A DNA stretch of 64,000 nucleotides from Bacteroidia bacterium (GCA_965279035.1 OZ257142.1:3904001-3968000); one strand, 5' to 3'; counted from the first letter of the stretch, positions 41,654 to 50,938 are shown. Notes: generated by a model not told the origin, from the sequence alone. Made by a program: numbers and translations.

Positions 41654-41790
41654 CGCTTCGACAAGCTCAGCGCGCAGCATCAGCCAAGCTGATAAGATCC
41701 GATATCATTCACGCTCCCTGAGCCTGTCGAAGGGAGCACATCTCCCGATAACTATCAGGAACACCAGCACATCATCTAATCAGCACATCA
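41654..41790. repeat. REPIN-like element (inverted CTTCGACAAGCTCAG repeats) plus octamer tail, copy 1
   Basis: CTTCGACAAGCTCAG at 41656-41670 and CTGAGCCTGTCGAAG at 41718-41732. Near-identical inverted copy near 48070-48180. Confidence 0.85.
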
Positions 41791-42726
41791 ATGAAAGGCC
41801 TCGTCATTCGTTCTACAGGAAGTTTCTGCACGGTAAAGACCGATGATGGAAATGTGCGCGAGTGCAAAGTAAAAGGTTCGTTTCGGATGAAAGGAATTAG
41901 AACAACAAACCCAATAGCAGTAGGCGATCGTGTTGTTGTTGAAGCATCACTTGGTGGTGATTATTTTGTGATTACAGAGATTGAACCTAGAGAAAACTAC
42001 ATCATCCGACGTTCAATCAATTTGAGTAAAGAGGCTCATATTTTAGCTGCCAATGTGGGGAAAGCGTTTATTATAGTTACTATCAGTTCTCCTCGTACTT
42101 CCTTAGGTTTTATCGATCGTATGCTCATTAATTGTGAAGCGTATCATATTCCAGTTTCCATTGTTGTAAATAAATGTGATACGTATTCAAGCGATGCTGA
42201 TATAGATAAATTGGCTGAATTGCAAGACATCTATAATCAAGCAGGCTATGAAGTAATCCTTGTTTCTGCTCTCAATGGATTTCAATTGGATGCCTTGAAA
42301 TTACAAATGGATGATAAAATCAATTTGTTTATTGGTCATTCTGGTGTTGGAAAATCAACCTTAATCAATTCCTTAAAACCTGGACTTCAATTAAAAACAG
42401 GAGATATTTCAGCTGCTCATAGCAAAGGAAAACACACGACTACCTTTGCCGAACTATTCGAATTGTGGGAAAATTCTTGGATTATTGATACTCCAGGAGT
42501 GAAAGAATTTGGGATTGTGGATATGAAGAAAGAAGAGATTGGTGACTATTTCCCTGAAATTCGACGCTTAGCTGAACATTGTCGCTTCAGTAACTGCATG
42601 CATGAAAATGAACCAGGATGTGCAGTAAAAGAAGCTGCCGAACATGGTGATTTTTCAGCAATTCGATACAGTTCGTATCTTGGTCTGCTCCATTCTGAAG
42701 AATTAAGTAAAGAATCCTGGGACTAA
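41791..42726 (+). CDS. rsgA: Ribosome small subunit-dependent GTPase A
   Basis: [29 protein letters not shown] and [12 protein letters not shown] motifs. Confidence 0.97.
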   Translation: MKGLVIRSTGSFCTVKTDDGNVRECKVKGSFRMKGIRTTNPIAVGDRVVVEASLGGDYFVITEIEPRENYIIRRSINLSKEAHILAANVGKAFIIVTISSPRTSLGFIDRMLINCEAYHIPVSIVVNKCDTYSSDADIDKLAELQDIYNQAGYEVILVSALNGFQLDALKLQMDDKINLFIGHSGVGKSTLINSLKPGLQLKTGDISAAHSKGKHTTTFAELFELWENSWIIDTPGVKEFGIVDMKKEEIGDYFPEIRRLAEHCRFSNCMHENEPGCAVKEAAEHGDFSAIRYSSYLGLLHSEELSKESWD

Positions 42727-42728
42727 GT

Positions 42729-43181
42729 ATGAGAGTTGTTGTCCAGCGTGTATCGAGCGCTTCCGTCAGCATTGACGATTCCGTTTACAGTAAAATCCGA
42801 CAGGGATTAGTATTGCTTGTTGGGATTGAAGAAACAGATGCAGTAGAAGATTTAGTTTGGCTAGCAGCTAAGATTGTGAACATGCGCATTTTTAGCGACG
42901 ACAAAGGGCTGATGAATAAAAGCGTAGCCGATATTTTTGGGGAAATTTTAGTGATTAGCCAATTTACCTTGTATGGTAGCACTAAAAAAGGAAATCGACC
43001 TTCGTTTATTCGCGCTGCTCGTCCAGAATATGCAACCAAATTGTATGAGATGTTTTGTGCTCAATTGAGTCAGGAATTAAGTCGACCGGTAAAGACCGGA
43101 GTATTTGGAGCTGATATGCAGGTTTCCTTGATAAATGATGGTCCTGTAACTATTTTGATTGATAGTAAGCACCGAGAATAA
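42729..43181 (+). CDS. dtd: D-aminoacyl-tRNA deacylase
   Basis: [20 protein letters not shown] and NDGPVT motifs. Confidence 0.97.
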   Translation: MRVVVQRVSSASVSIDDSVYSKIRQGLVLLVGIEETDAVEDLVWLAAKIVNMRIFSDDKGLMNKSVADIFGEILVISQFTLYGSTKKGNRPSFIRAARPEYATKLYEMFCAQLSQELSRPVKTGVFGADMQVSLINDGPVTILIDSKHRE

Positions 43182-43228
43182 GTAAATGTGAGAAGATTTT
43201 TCTACTTTCATGCCGAAATCCCTGACCC

Positions 43229-44929
43229 ATGAAAAGAAAAATACTCTTTATTCTCAGTGCCATGATATGCATGGCTGTTGCATTTTGGCCATCTCAATCT
43301 GCACATTCTAATGGAAGTGGCGCTGCTGCTGGTTATACTGGTTCACCCAATGAATTTTCTGGTAGAACCTGTTCGGCTGGAGGAAGCTGTCATAGTGGTG
43401 GAACTACAGCACAAACTGGCTGGGTAACATCTACAGTTCCTGCTTGTGGCTATACTCCCGGACAAACCTATTCCGTTACTGTTTTTGTAACATCACCAGG
43501 AAGAACCAAATTTGGATTCAGTGCATCACCACAAAAACCGAATGCTACTCTTGCCGGAACTCTCATCGCTGGAACTGGTATGCAAATAAACGGAAGTGGA
43601 AAATACATCACCCACACCAGCGCAGGAACAACTCAAACTGGTACCAATAGCAGAACATGGACATTTCAGTGGACTGCTCCAGCTTCCGGAACTGGAACTA
43701 TCACTTTTTACGCAGCCATGAATGCAACCAATAGTAGTAATACAAGTGCTGGTGATATGATTTATAGTTCAAACTTGGTCATACCTGAAGCACCTGCTAC
43801 ATTGGCGATTTCTAATAGTGGATCAACAACATATTGTCAATCAAGTCCAGTAACATTAAGTTCCAACATCTCAGGTGGCAACGATTGGAAATTGGATGGA
43901 GTTTCTGTTGGGTCTCAAAATTCGGTAGTTGCAAGTGGAAGTGGAACGTATCTTCTAACAAATACGACAGGTGCTTGTGTTCAAACAGCGAGTGTAGTTC
44001 TCACTTCGGTAGCAAGTGCTCCGGTTGTTTCGGATATTGTTGTTGGATCTCAAGGCTCAACACTTTGCGAAGGACAAAGCACTACATTAACTGCAACTGG
44101 CTCGGGTGTAACATGGCAACCAGGCGGACAATCCACCAACAGCATTACTGTTAGTTCAGCAAATACTTATACATATTCGTTAACGAATGTATGCGGAACA
44201 AGTACATCCAACCCGGTAAGTGTTATTGTAAATCCTTTGCCATCAACACCTGTGATAACTACAGATGGTGATGTAACACAAGCATGTGAAGGACAAACAA
44301 TCGGACTCAATGCCTCAAATATTTCGGGAATAGAACAAGCTACTTGGCAACCTGGAGCTTTGACTGGTAACTCGATTCAAGCAAGCCAAACGGGAACTTA
44401 TTCTGTAGTATACTCTAATGGATGTGGCAATTCATCGAGTGTTTCGGTAGATCTTCAATTCAATCCAATTCCCCAAACACCTTCAATTTTTGTCAATGTA
44501 GATTTAGATCTCGAAGCAACCATTGATGGTTCTTCGTATGAATGGTATTTAAATGGAACATTGATCGATGGGGTAATTGATCAAGTTTTAACACCAACTG
44601 GACCAGGACTCTATTCGGTAAAGGTTATTTCAGGGGATGGTTGTAATAGCGCTATATCGGCTGAATTTGAAGTTCTTGCTTTAGGAATTGCTCATAATAA
44701 ATCAACTGATGGTATTCGTTGCTTTCCAAACCCAAGTGCTGGAATTGTTCAAATTTCTGTTTCAGGAAATCAACATGGGGCTCACTTTCAGCTTTTCGAT
44801 TGTACAGGAAAACTCGTAAAAAGCTTTGTATGCAGGAACAATAGCTCTCAAACAATTGACTTAAATAGTCCATCAGGACTGTATTTTCTACGAAGTGAAA
44901 ACTGGAGTTCTACTTTAGTAATTGAATAA
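43229..44929 (+). CDS. Secreted Reeler/choice-of-anchor V-like protein with Ig-like repeats and T9SS CTD
   Basis: GYTGSP...TC....CH, YTPGQTY, FGF and WTFQWTAP motifs; C-terminal FPNPS...GLYFL. Confidence 0.75.
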   Translation: MKRKILFILSAMICMAVAFWPSQSAHSNGSGAAAGYTGSPNEFSGRTCSAGGSCHSGGTTAQTGWVTSTVPACGYTPGQTYSVTVFVTSPGRTKFGFSASPQKPNATLAGTLIAGTGMQINGSGKYITHTSAGTTQTGTNSRTWTFQWTAPASGTGTITFYAAMNATNSSNTSAGDMIYSSNLVIPEAPATLAISNSGSTTYCQSSPVTLSSNISGGNDWKLDGVSVGSQNSVVASGSGTYLLTNTTGACVQTASVVLTSVASAPVVSDIVVGSQGSTLCEGQSTTLTATGSGVTWQPGGQSTNSITVSSANTYTYSLTNVCGTSTSNPVSVIVNPLPSTPVITTDGDVTQACEGQTIGLNASNISGIEQATWQPGALTGNSIQASQTGTYSVVYSNGCGNSSSVSVDLQFNPIPQTPSIFVNVDLDLEATIDGSSYEWYLNGTLIDGVIDQVLTPTGPGLYSVKVISGDGCNSAISAEFEVLALGIAHNKSTDGIRCFPNPSAGIVQISVSGNQHGAHFQLFDCTGKLVKSFVCRNNSSQTIDLNSPSGLYFLRSENWSSTLVIE

Positions 44930-44964
44930 AAATTCTTGATTACTTAAAAATCAATTCATCAATG

Positions 44965-44997
44965 AAGATGCTGCCCCCAAAAAGGGCGGCATTTTTT
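44965..44997 (+). terminator. Intrinsic terminator
   Basis: ATGCTGCCC-loop-GGGCGGCAT followed by TTTTT. Confidence 0.8.
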
Positions 44998-45105
44998 ATG
45001 AAATACTATTTTCGTTGATATTTTCGATTAGTAAATTATTACATATTCATAGTACTGGTCATTTGTTTATCATTTTGACATAATTATAAAATATTTACTG
45101 AATTA

Positions 45106-45137
45106 TTTGCATCGTATCCTTCTCGTTTCTATGTTTG
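45106..45137 (+). promoter_or_regulatory. Consensus Bacteroidota sigma-A promoter for the tRNA-like RNA
   Basis: TTTG (45106-45109), 20-nt spacer, TATGTTTG (45130-45137). Confidence 0.75.
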
Positions 45138-45156
45138 CAGTAATAAGTTCTTTTAT

Positions 45157-45308
45157 TGTAGGGTGTTGAAACGGCAGACAAACCCTCTTGTCTCGAGGGT
45201 GAGGAATTACAGGATAAACGATGTTTAATGGGTTGACCACTCCCTTCTGCTTGCAGAAGTTGAACATTGGCTAACTGCCTCGTGGAGGTTCGAATCCTTC
45301 TCCTACAG
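45157..45308 (+). tRNA. Atypical tRNA-like RNA (GUC anticodon) with an 81-nt variable arm
   Basis: Acceptor TGTAGGG/TCCTACA plus G73; D arm TTG-AAACGGCAGA-CAA; anticodon arm CCCTC-TTGTCTC-GAGGG; variable arm GAGG...CCTC (45201-45281); T arm GGAGG-TTCGAAT-CCTTC. No encoded CCA. Confidence 0.8.
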
Positions 45309-45327
45309 CGAATCCCCTAATACCCAG

Positions 45328-45367
45328 CCCCCGACGTTTGTGATGGTTCGTCGGGGGTTATTTTTTG
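45328..45367 (+). terminator. Intrinsic terminator after the tRNA-like RNA
   Basis: CCCCCGACG...CGTCGGGGG followed by TTATTTTTT. Confidence 0.8.
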
Positions 45368-45369
45368 CC

Positions 45370-46740
45370 CTATTCTGAATATTTATCTAATAGATAAAGC
45401 AAGGCTGCAATCGAAGCAGCACCTAATTCTAGTTCACGTTTGTTCACTTTGTCGAACGTATCGGAAGCTGCATGGTGAATATCAAAATAGCGTTGTGAAT
45501 CGGGAATGTATCCAAGACAAATAGTCCCTTGTTTTTTCAATGGTCCAATATCAGAACCACCGCCACCTTTTTTGAAATCGTGCAAACCATAAAGCTCTAA
45601 AAGGCTTTTGTAAGCAGCTATTTTGGCAACAATAAGTGGATCATCACTGTCAACTGCAAATCCTCTCGGAGTAAATCCACCTCTATCGGATTCTATCGCG
45701 TATAGATGTTTCTCTTTTAAAGAATCGGCTAAGGCTGCGTATCGTTTTCCTCCACGAAGACCATTTTCTTCATTCATAAAAAGTACAGCTCGTAGATTAT
45801 GTCGAGGTTGATAGCCTATTTGGTGTAAAATGCGCAGAGCTTCATAACTCTGAACACATCCAGCTCCATCGTCATGCGCTCCTTGCCCATTGTCCCAAGC
45901 ATCGAGGTGACCACCGCTAATGAGATAAGAAGCATTCGGAAGCGAACCTTTCAATTCTCCAATGACGTTATGAGAAATCGTATCAGGTAACATTTGAGCA
46001 TTGCTAATTAATTCTACTCGTAATGCTGGATTCTTCTTGAGTGCATTGCTTAACCAGCTTGCGTCAACCGTACTTATTGCTAATGCTGGAATTTTAGGAT
46101 ACAAGCTGTCATAACCCATTGCTCCTGTATGAGGAAATTCATCTTCCCGTAAGGAAACACTTCGTACTAATGTTGCTACAGCACCATATTTTGCCGCTTT
46201 AGACGGTCCTGCCCATCGTTGATCTACACAACCACCATACGCTTCGAATGTATGGATGTGTCGAGGTTCCATAGGACGAGAGAAAAAGACAATTTTTCCT
46301 TTAATACCCGCTTCACCGAGTTGATCAAGTTCTTCGAATTTTTTAACTTCAACCACAGTGGCATTTGCCTTCCCTCCTACACTACCGCCCAAAGCACAAG
46401 AATTCAAATTTTTAGGGGCTGCTCCTTTTTGTTTGATAGTAACTGTACTAGCTGTACCTCGAACCCAATGAGGAACCATCATTTTTTGCAAAAATGCAGC
46501 ATCGAATTGCTCTTCTTTCATCACACTAAGCATATAATCAACAGCTTGAGCTGCACCTGGAGAACCACTTAAACGAGATGGAACTTTCGTACACAAATGT
46601 TCAAGTACTTCATAGCATTTGCTTCCAGTTAGAGCCTGATCAAAGATCTTTCGAATAAAGAGGGAATCTTCCTGATTCTGAGCGATTGCTGAAGTAGATA
46701 GAAAAAGTAAAATGAGCAGATAAAAGCGAGGAATAATCAT
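45370..46740 (-). CDS. M28 family metallopeptidase (carboxypeptidase Q-like) with PA domain
   Basis: SRLSGS, GGHLDAWD, GAHDDGAG, FMNEENGL and YFDIHH motifs. Start at ATG 46740 preferred. Confidence 0.9.
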   Translation of the reverse strand: MIIPRFYLLILLFLSTSAIAQNQEDSLFIRKIFDQALTGSKCYEVLEHLCTKVPSRLSGSPGAAQAVDYMLSVMKEEQFDAAFLQKMMVPHWVRGTASTVTIKQKGAAPKNLNSCALGGSVGGKANATVVEVKKFEELDQLGEAGIKGKIVFFSRPMEPRHIHTFEAYGGCVDQRWAGPSKAAKYGAVATLVRSVSLREDEFPHTGAMGYDSLYPKIPALAISTVDASWLSNALKKNPALRVELISNAQMLPDTISHNVIGELKGSLPNASYLISGGHLDAWDNGQGAHDDGAGCVQSYEALRILHQIGYQPRHNLRAVLFMNEENGLRGGKRYAALADSLKEKHLYAIESDRGGFTPRGFAVDSDDPLIVAKIAAYKSLLELYGLHDFKKGGGGSDIGPLKKQGTICLGYIPDSQRYFDIHHAASDTFDKVNKRELELGAASIAALLYLLDKYSE

Positions 46741-46753
46741 AGGACTAAAGGAC

Positions 46754-46788
46754 AAAAAAAAATCCGGAAGAGGATGTCTTTCGGATTT
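46754..46788 (-). terminator. Probable intrinsic terminator
   Basis: AATCCGGAAGA...TCTTTCGGATT stem with an A-run on the left. Confidence 0.6.
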
Positions 46789-46807
46789 GAAAAGAAGTTG
46801 AATGGAT

Positions 46808-47113
46808 TTATTCGAAACTTAATTGAATATCACCACTTGAATTAACTTGTTGTATTGGAGAATCTGTTCGCTTTCCAAGGATATTACGACGCATATCAGC
46901 CAGCTTTTGCATTTGAATCTTATCAGGATTTACGAGAGGAAAATCTTCCATCATAAATTGATGAACTAACTCATCTGCCTGAACATCTGTGGCATTCATC
47001 TGTGCATCGAATCGACGAAAAACCTCATTCAAACGTTCTAATTCGATTTGTTGATCCTGTGTAAGTGACATGGGCATTGTTTTAAGTTGCCTGAAAATGA
47101 AACTATTAAACAA
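46808..47113 (-). CDS. Hypothetical protein
   Basis: Non-overlapping ORF followed by a terminator. Start is probably MPMSL (about 47077). Ends in QLSFE. Confidence 0.55.
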   Translation of the reverse strand: MFNSFIFRQLKTMPMSLTQDQQIELERLNEVFRRFDAQMNATDVQADELVHQFMMEDFPLVNPDKIQMQKLADMRRNILGKRTDSPIQQVNSSGDIQLSFE

Positions 47114-47249
47114 AGAATTCTGTGTTTAACTAAAACAAATTTAATAGGACTTTTAGAATCTGGCAATAGTTAAGAATTCAGTTATTAACAATTTATACTG
47201 ATTATCATGACAATAGCCTCAAAGAACTAATTTACCAAACATTTTTTTT

Positions 47250-48008
47250 ATGGAAACAATACACACAGAGATTCGAAATTCCATTGCTATTATTCGCTTA
47301 AATCGTGGAAAAGCCAATGCCATTAATGCAACAATGGCCAATGAACTTTTAGACACTTTGCTCGAGATGAAAGCCAATGAGCAAGTTCGCGGAGTATTAT
47401 TAACTGGACATGGCGAATTTTTTTCGGCAGGATTGGATGTGATTGAGCTCTATCATTACAACGAAAGTGAAATCATTGATTTTTGGAAAGTGTTTGATCG
47501 ACTCATACGTCGCTTGGTTTCATTTCCAAAACCGTTGGTAGCTGCCATTACTGGGCATTGTCCGGCTGGTGGATGTATTTTAGCCTTAGGTTGTGATTAC
47601 CGGGTGATGGCCGAAGGAAAATACCGGATCGGTTTGAATGAAATCCCTTTGGGAATTGTAGTTCCTGAAACGATTTATCATTTATACAGTTTTGTTTTAG
47701 GTCGTGGAAGAGCGTATCAAAGCTTATTAGAAGGAAAACTTCATACTCCTGAAGAAGCACGATCTATACAATTGGTTAATGAAATTTGTCCGCTAGAAGA
47801 TGTGGAAACTCAAGGCTTGAAGCAGCTTGAAAAATATCTTCAACTAAGCACTGCCGTTTGGGCACAGAGCAAATTGAATTTCCGAAATGCCATTCTACAA
47901 AAACTGACATCCGATTTTAAGACTTCATTTGAGCCAACACTCAAACAATGGTGGGCACCCGAAACACGCGCTATTTTAGGGAAGATGATTGAAGGATTGA
48001 AAAAATGA
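47250..48008 (+). CDS. Enoyl-CoA hydratase/isomerase family protein
   Basis: LNRGKANAI, FSAGLD, GHCPAGG and IGLNE motifs. Confidence 0.93.
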   Translation: METIHTEIRNSIAIIRLNRGKANAINATMANELLDTLLEMKANEQVRGVLLTGHGEFFSAGLDVIELYHYNESEIIDFWKVFDRLIRRLVSFPKPLVAAITGHCPAGGCILALGCDYRVMAEGKYRIGLNEIPLGIVVPETIYHLYSFVLGRGRAYQSLLEGKLHTPEEARSIQLVNEICPLEDVETQGLKQLEKYLQLSTAVWAQSKLNFRNAILQKLTSDFKTSFEPTLKQWWAPETRAILGKMIEGLKK

Positions 48009-48187
48009 TGTGCTGGTGTGTTGATGTGCTGGTGTGCTAATTTGGAAATGTGCTCATGTGCTGGTTATCTCGATAGTTATCGTGAGATGTGCTCCCTTCG
48101 ACAAGCTCAGGGAGCGTGAATGATATCGTTCGATGAACTTATCAGCTTGGCTGATGCTGCGCACTGAGCTTGTCGAAGCGTGCTGAT
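48007..48187. repeat. Octamer array plus REPIN-like element, copy 2
   Basis: GATGTGCT/GGTGTGCT units at 48007-48065; CTTCGACAAGCTCAG at 48096-48110 and CTGAGCTTGTCGAAG at 48164-48178. Confidence 0.85.
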
Positions 48188-48261
48188 AAAACCGATAAGA
48201 TGAACTAGTGCGAAGGCTTTTGCTTGATTGACTGTTGAAGCGGTTGGATTATAGCTTCTTT

Positions 48262-48768
48262 TTAAGATTTTGCTTTTTTCACATATTGAAAAGCCTTAGC
48301 AGTAAAAAAAAGCAAGGCATGAAACATCCAACGATCTTTCTCTTTTGATTGCTTATCCTGTATTGTAAGGCTTACACTTTTTAAGGTTCGAACGATTTGA
48401 TAGGATATGATTTCTTGACCGTATTGCTGAACCAGCCAAGTTTGATGAGGACGCATTTTCCAAGTTAACTCGAAAGTGCCTTTGCCGCAGAATATTTGAC
48501 GGCTCGATTTCCAAAAGCTGCCTCCTTTCACTTCTAAAAGTAGCTGACCGACTTCATCTCTTAATTGCATATTCATGCCTGAAAAGCCCTTGCGACGAAG
48601 TGTGTAGGTTTTTCCCAGATGACTTACTTGAGCTTGTGTGAACCAAGTGTTGAGTTGTAAGTCAATTAATTTTTCTTGGTTGATATACAAACTATACAAG
48701 TGCTTTCCGGTCATTTCCCATCGTGTTGGGGAAACTGTTTCAGAGATAGGTCTATTAAAGTGAATCAT
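48262..48768 (-). CDS. Hypothetical protein
   Basis: 168-aa ORF overlapping the end of the upstream ORF in the same minus-strand run. Confidence 0.6.
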   Translation of the reverse strand: MIHFNRPISETVSPTRWEMTGKHLYSLYINQEKLIDLQLNTWFTQAQVSHLGKTYTLRRKGFSGMNMQLRDEVGQLLLEVKGGSFWKSSRQIFCGKGTFELTWKMRPHQTWLVQQYGQEIISYQIVRTLKSVSLTIQDKQSKEKDRWMFHALLFFTAKAFQYVKKAKS

Positions 48769-49267
48769 ATTCAGATCCTAATCGGGTGATGGATTGAAGA
48801 CGTAAATCGTTGTAAAGGCTTGTATAATCGGCTTGAATATCCTCATGTAATTTGGAGATGTTTGTTGACGCTTTTTTCAAACACCGAAACATGATTCTAG
48901 ATAAAGCAGCAGTCCGAAATTCACGTCGGTAGTTCGTGTGATAGTACTCAACTAATGCAAGTAAAAGTTCACATTCACCCTGACGTGAACCAGTAAAACG
49001 GAGGTATTTGGAAATGAGTCGAAGGGATTTTCGAATGCTTTTAGTGAAGGAATAGGCATTTACGAAAGGTGTTTCGAAAGGAAGAAGAATATCTGCTTTA
49101 AAATCTTGAGCGTAAAGCAAAGGATCACTTGCCGACCAAAGCAGGTAATCGAGTAGTTCTTTGTTTTCGGTTTTATGCTTGGCAATACGCAAACACAGCC
49201 GGACCAATTCGGGTTGTGGTAAACTTTCTAGTTCACGCTTCAGTTCCGGTAGCTTGGCTTTTATCAT
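48755..49267 (-). CDS. Conserved hypothetical protein
   Basis: Start at MIKAKLPELK (49267). Motifs LCLRIAKHKTENKELLDYLL and KLHEDIQADY. Confidence 0.7.
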   Translation of the reverse strand: MIKAKLPELKRELESLPQPELVRLCLRIAKHKTENKELLDYLLWSASDPLLYAQDFKADILLPFETPFVNAYSFTKSIRKSLRLISKYLRFTGSRQGECELLLALVEYYHTNYRREFRTAALSRIMFRCLKKASTNISKLHEDIQADYTSLYNDLRLQSITRLGSEYDSL

Positions 49268-49433
49268 CAGAAATTTCGGTAGGTTTACGTAAACGTTTTG
49301 CTTTAACAAGAGCATCGCGGATAATCCATTCCAATTGCCCATTGGTACTGCGAAATTCATCAGCAGCCCATTTCTCCACATCGCGGAGCATGTCTTCGTC
49401 GAGACGGAGGACAAATGGTTTTTTCTTAGCCAT
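49233..49433 (-). CDS. Arc/ribbon-helix-helix family DNA-binding protein
   Basis: KKKPFVLRLD...WAADEFRSTNGQLEW. Confidence 0.85.
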   Translation of the reverse strand: MAKKKPFVLRLDEDMLRDVEKWAADEFRSTNGQLEWIIRDALVKAKRLRKPTEISDDKSQATGTEA

Positions 49434-49923
49434 GAGCTGGTTTAGGAATGTTTAGGTCGTATAAAAACGCTTCTACCGATTCACGCTGTTTGGTTCCTAT
49501 TAGAACTTTTTGACCGTTTTTCAGATAGAACTGAATGCCGATGTTGCCATCCACATTATACGCTCTGTTTTTGGAAGTCCAACCTTTAATTCCCCATCCT
49601 CCATATTCGAACAATGCTTTGTATTTGCGCACTTCGGCCGATTCAATTTCATCCCATTGTATTTCTTTAAATTTCATTTGAAAAGGAAACCAGCGAAATC
49701 GAATTCGAGTTGCATCTATATCTGTATCAAGTCGAGCAAGAATTAGCAAAAGGAGAAATATACCTTCAAAAAAGGCAACGAAAATTATAGAGTACAATCT
49801 ATCTACAACAGGCTCTCCTGCTGATGACAATAGGATAATCACAATCGAAATGATCATCACTAATACTGCCACCCAAGCGATTGGATTACTTCGTAAATAT
49901 TGACGTTCTTGAAAATGAGGCAT
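49426..49923 (-). CDS. Membrane protein (DUF6141-like, two TMs plus PH-like domain)
   Basis: FQERQ, two TMs, EYGGWGIK, AYNVDGNIG and LIGT motifs. Confidence 0.7.
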   Translation of the reverse strand: MPHFQERQYLRSNPIAWVAVLVMIISIVIILLSSAGEPVVDRLYSIIFVAFFEGIFLLLLILARLDTDIDATRIRFRWFPFQMKFKEIQWDEIESAEVRKYKALFEYGGWGIKGWTSKNRAYNVDGNIGIQFYLKNGQKVLIGTKQRESVEAFLYDLNIPKPAHG

Positions 49924-49928
49924 GGGGA

Positions 49929-50030
49929 ACGATGTTCGATGTACGATATACGATTTACGAAATGGTGTCGATCGTAAGTCTGATAGTTTGGCTGCTGGAG
50001 GCAGGCGAAGCGGTCGTATATCGTAAATCG
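49929..50030. repeat. Inverted degenerate heptamer repeats (ACGATDT)
   Basis: ACGATGT TCGATGT ACGATAT ACGATTT ACGA (49929-49960) and the reverse-oriented TCGTATATCGTAAATCG (50014-50030). Confidence 0.7.
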
Positions 50031-50034
50031 GGTT

Positions 50035-50886
50035 TTAATGATTCAACGTACCAGTATTTACGACTGGTGAAACAGCACGATCGGAGCAGAGTACAACGAG
50101 GAGATTACTTACCATGGCGGCTTTGCGTTCGTCGTCGAGTTCTACAATTTGCCGTTTTGATAAATGTTCCAATGCCAATTCAACCATACCGACGGCACCT
50201 TCTACAATACGTGTACGAGCTGCAACAATGGCTGTTGCTTGCTGACGCTGTAACATAGCTCCGGCAATTTCTTGTGAATAGGCTAAGTTGCTAATACGCG
50301 CTTCGATAACAGAGATGCCCGCCATGTGCAGTCGCTCGGTGAGTTCGCGTTCAAGTTGGTGGTTAATTTCGTCACCACCCGAACGAAGTGAGATTTCTTT
50401 GTGATCATCATCGAAACTATCATAGGGATAAATTCCAGCTAGTTTTCGGATAGCTGATTCGCTTTGGATTTTCACAAAGAGCTCGTAATTATCGACTTCG
50501 AAAGCAGCTTTGAATGTGTCTTCAACTCGCCATACCAACACAATCCCAATCATGATCGGATTACCCAGCTTATCGTTGACTTTGATTGGTTGACTTTCGT
50601 TGTTTCGTGCACGAAGTGATATTTTACGTTTTACATAAAATGGATTCATCCAAAAAAATCCATTTTCTTTTAATGTGCCTTTGTATGATCCAAACAAAAC
50701 AGCAACAACCGATTCGTTCGGGTTGACAGTTGATAATCCAATTAAGGTTAAAAGTGCTGCTACAAAAGCAAAAGGAGCAATAACATACATCTGAGCTACG
50801 ATACTCCAAACACCAACTGCAATGAGCACAAGTGCAAGAATGAGAGCGAAGCCTCCTGAATTTGGTGAAATAGATTTTTCTTTCAT
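50035..50886 (-). CDS. SPFH domain-containing membrane protein
   Basis: Two TMs, LFGSYKGT, KVNDKLGNPI, LAYSQEIAGAMLQRQQA and AMVSNLLVVLC motifs. Confidence 0.92.
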   Translation of the reverse strand: MKEKSISPNSGGFALILALVLIAVGVWSIVAQMYVIAPFAFVAALLTLIGLSTVNPNESVVAVLFGSYKGTLKENGFFWMNPFYVKRKISLRARNNESQPIKVNDKLGNPIMIGIVLVWRVEDTFKAAFEVDNYELFVKIQSESAIRKLAGIYPYDSFDDDHKEISLRSGGDEINHQLERELTERLHMAGISVIEARISNLAYSQEIAGAMLQRQQATAIVAARTRIVEGAVGMVELALEHLSKRQIVELDDERKAAMVSNLLVVLCSDRAVSPVVNTGTLNH

Positions 50887-50938
50887 TGATATTAATTTGA
50901 TATCACAAAGGTATCATAATAAATTATTAAAAAACAAA
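50887..50938 (-). promoter_or_regulatory. Promoter with TGATATCA operator-like palindromes
   Basis: Minus strand TTTG, 21-nt spacer, TACCTTTG (50906-50913), then TGATATCA (50898-50905) and TGATATTA (50887-50894). Confidence 0.6.

Noticed and set aside
41649-41846. 65-aa ORF upstream of rsgA
   Set aside because: It is a translation of the REPIN-like repeat.
45157-45308. Canonical tRNA-Asp, intron-containing tRNA, tRNA-Sec or tmRNA
   Set aside because: U37 and the 81-nt variable arm are non-canonical. The insert is not in the anticodon loop and is far too short for a group I intron or tmRNA. The anticodon is not UCA.
49268-49414. Long overlap of the 219-aa ORF with the Arc gene
   Set aside because: The true start is most likely 49267. 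The upstream part is an alternative frame of the Arc gene.
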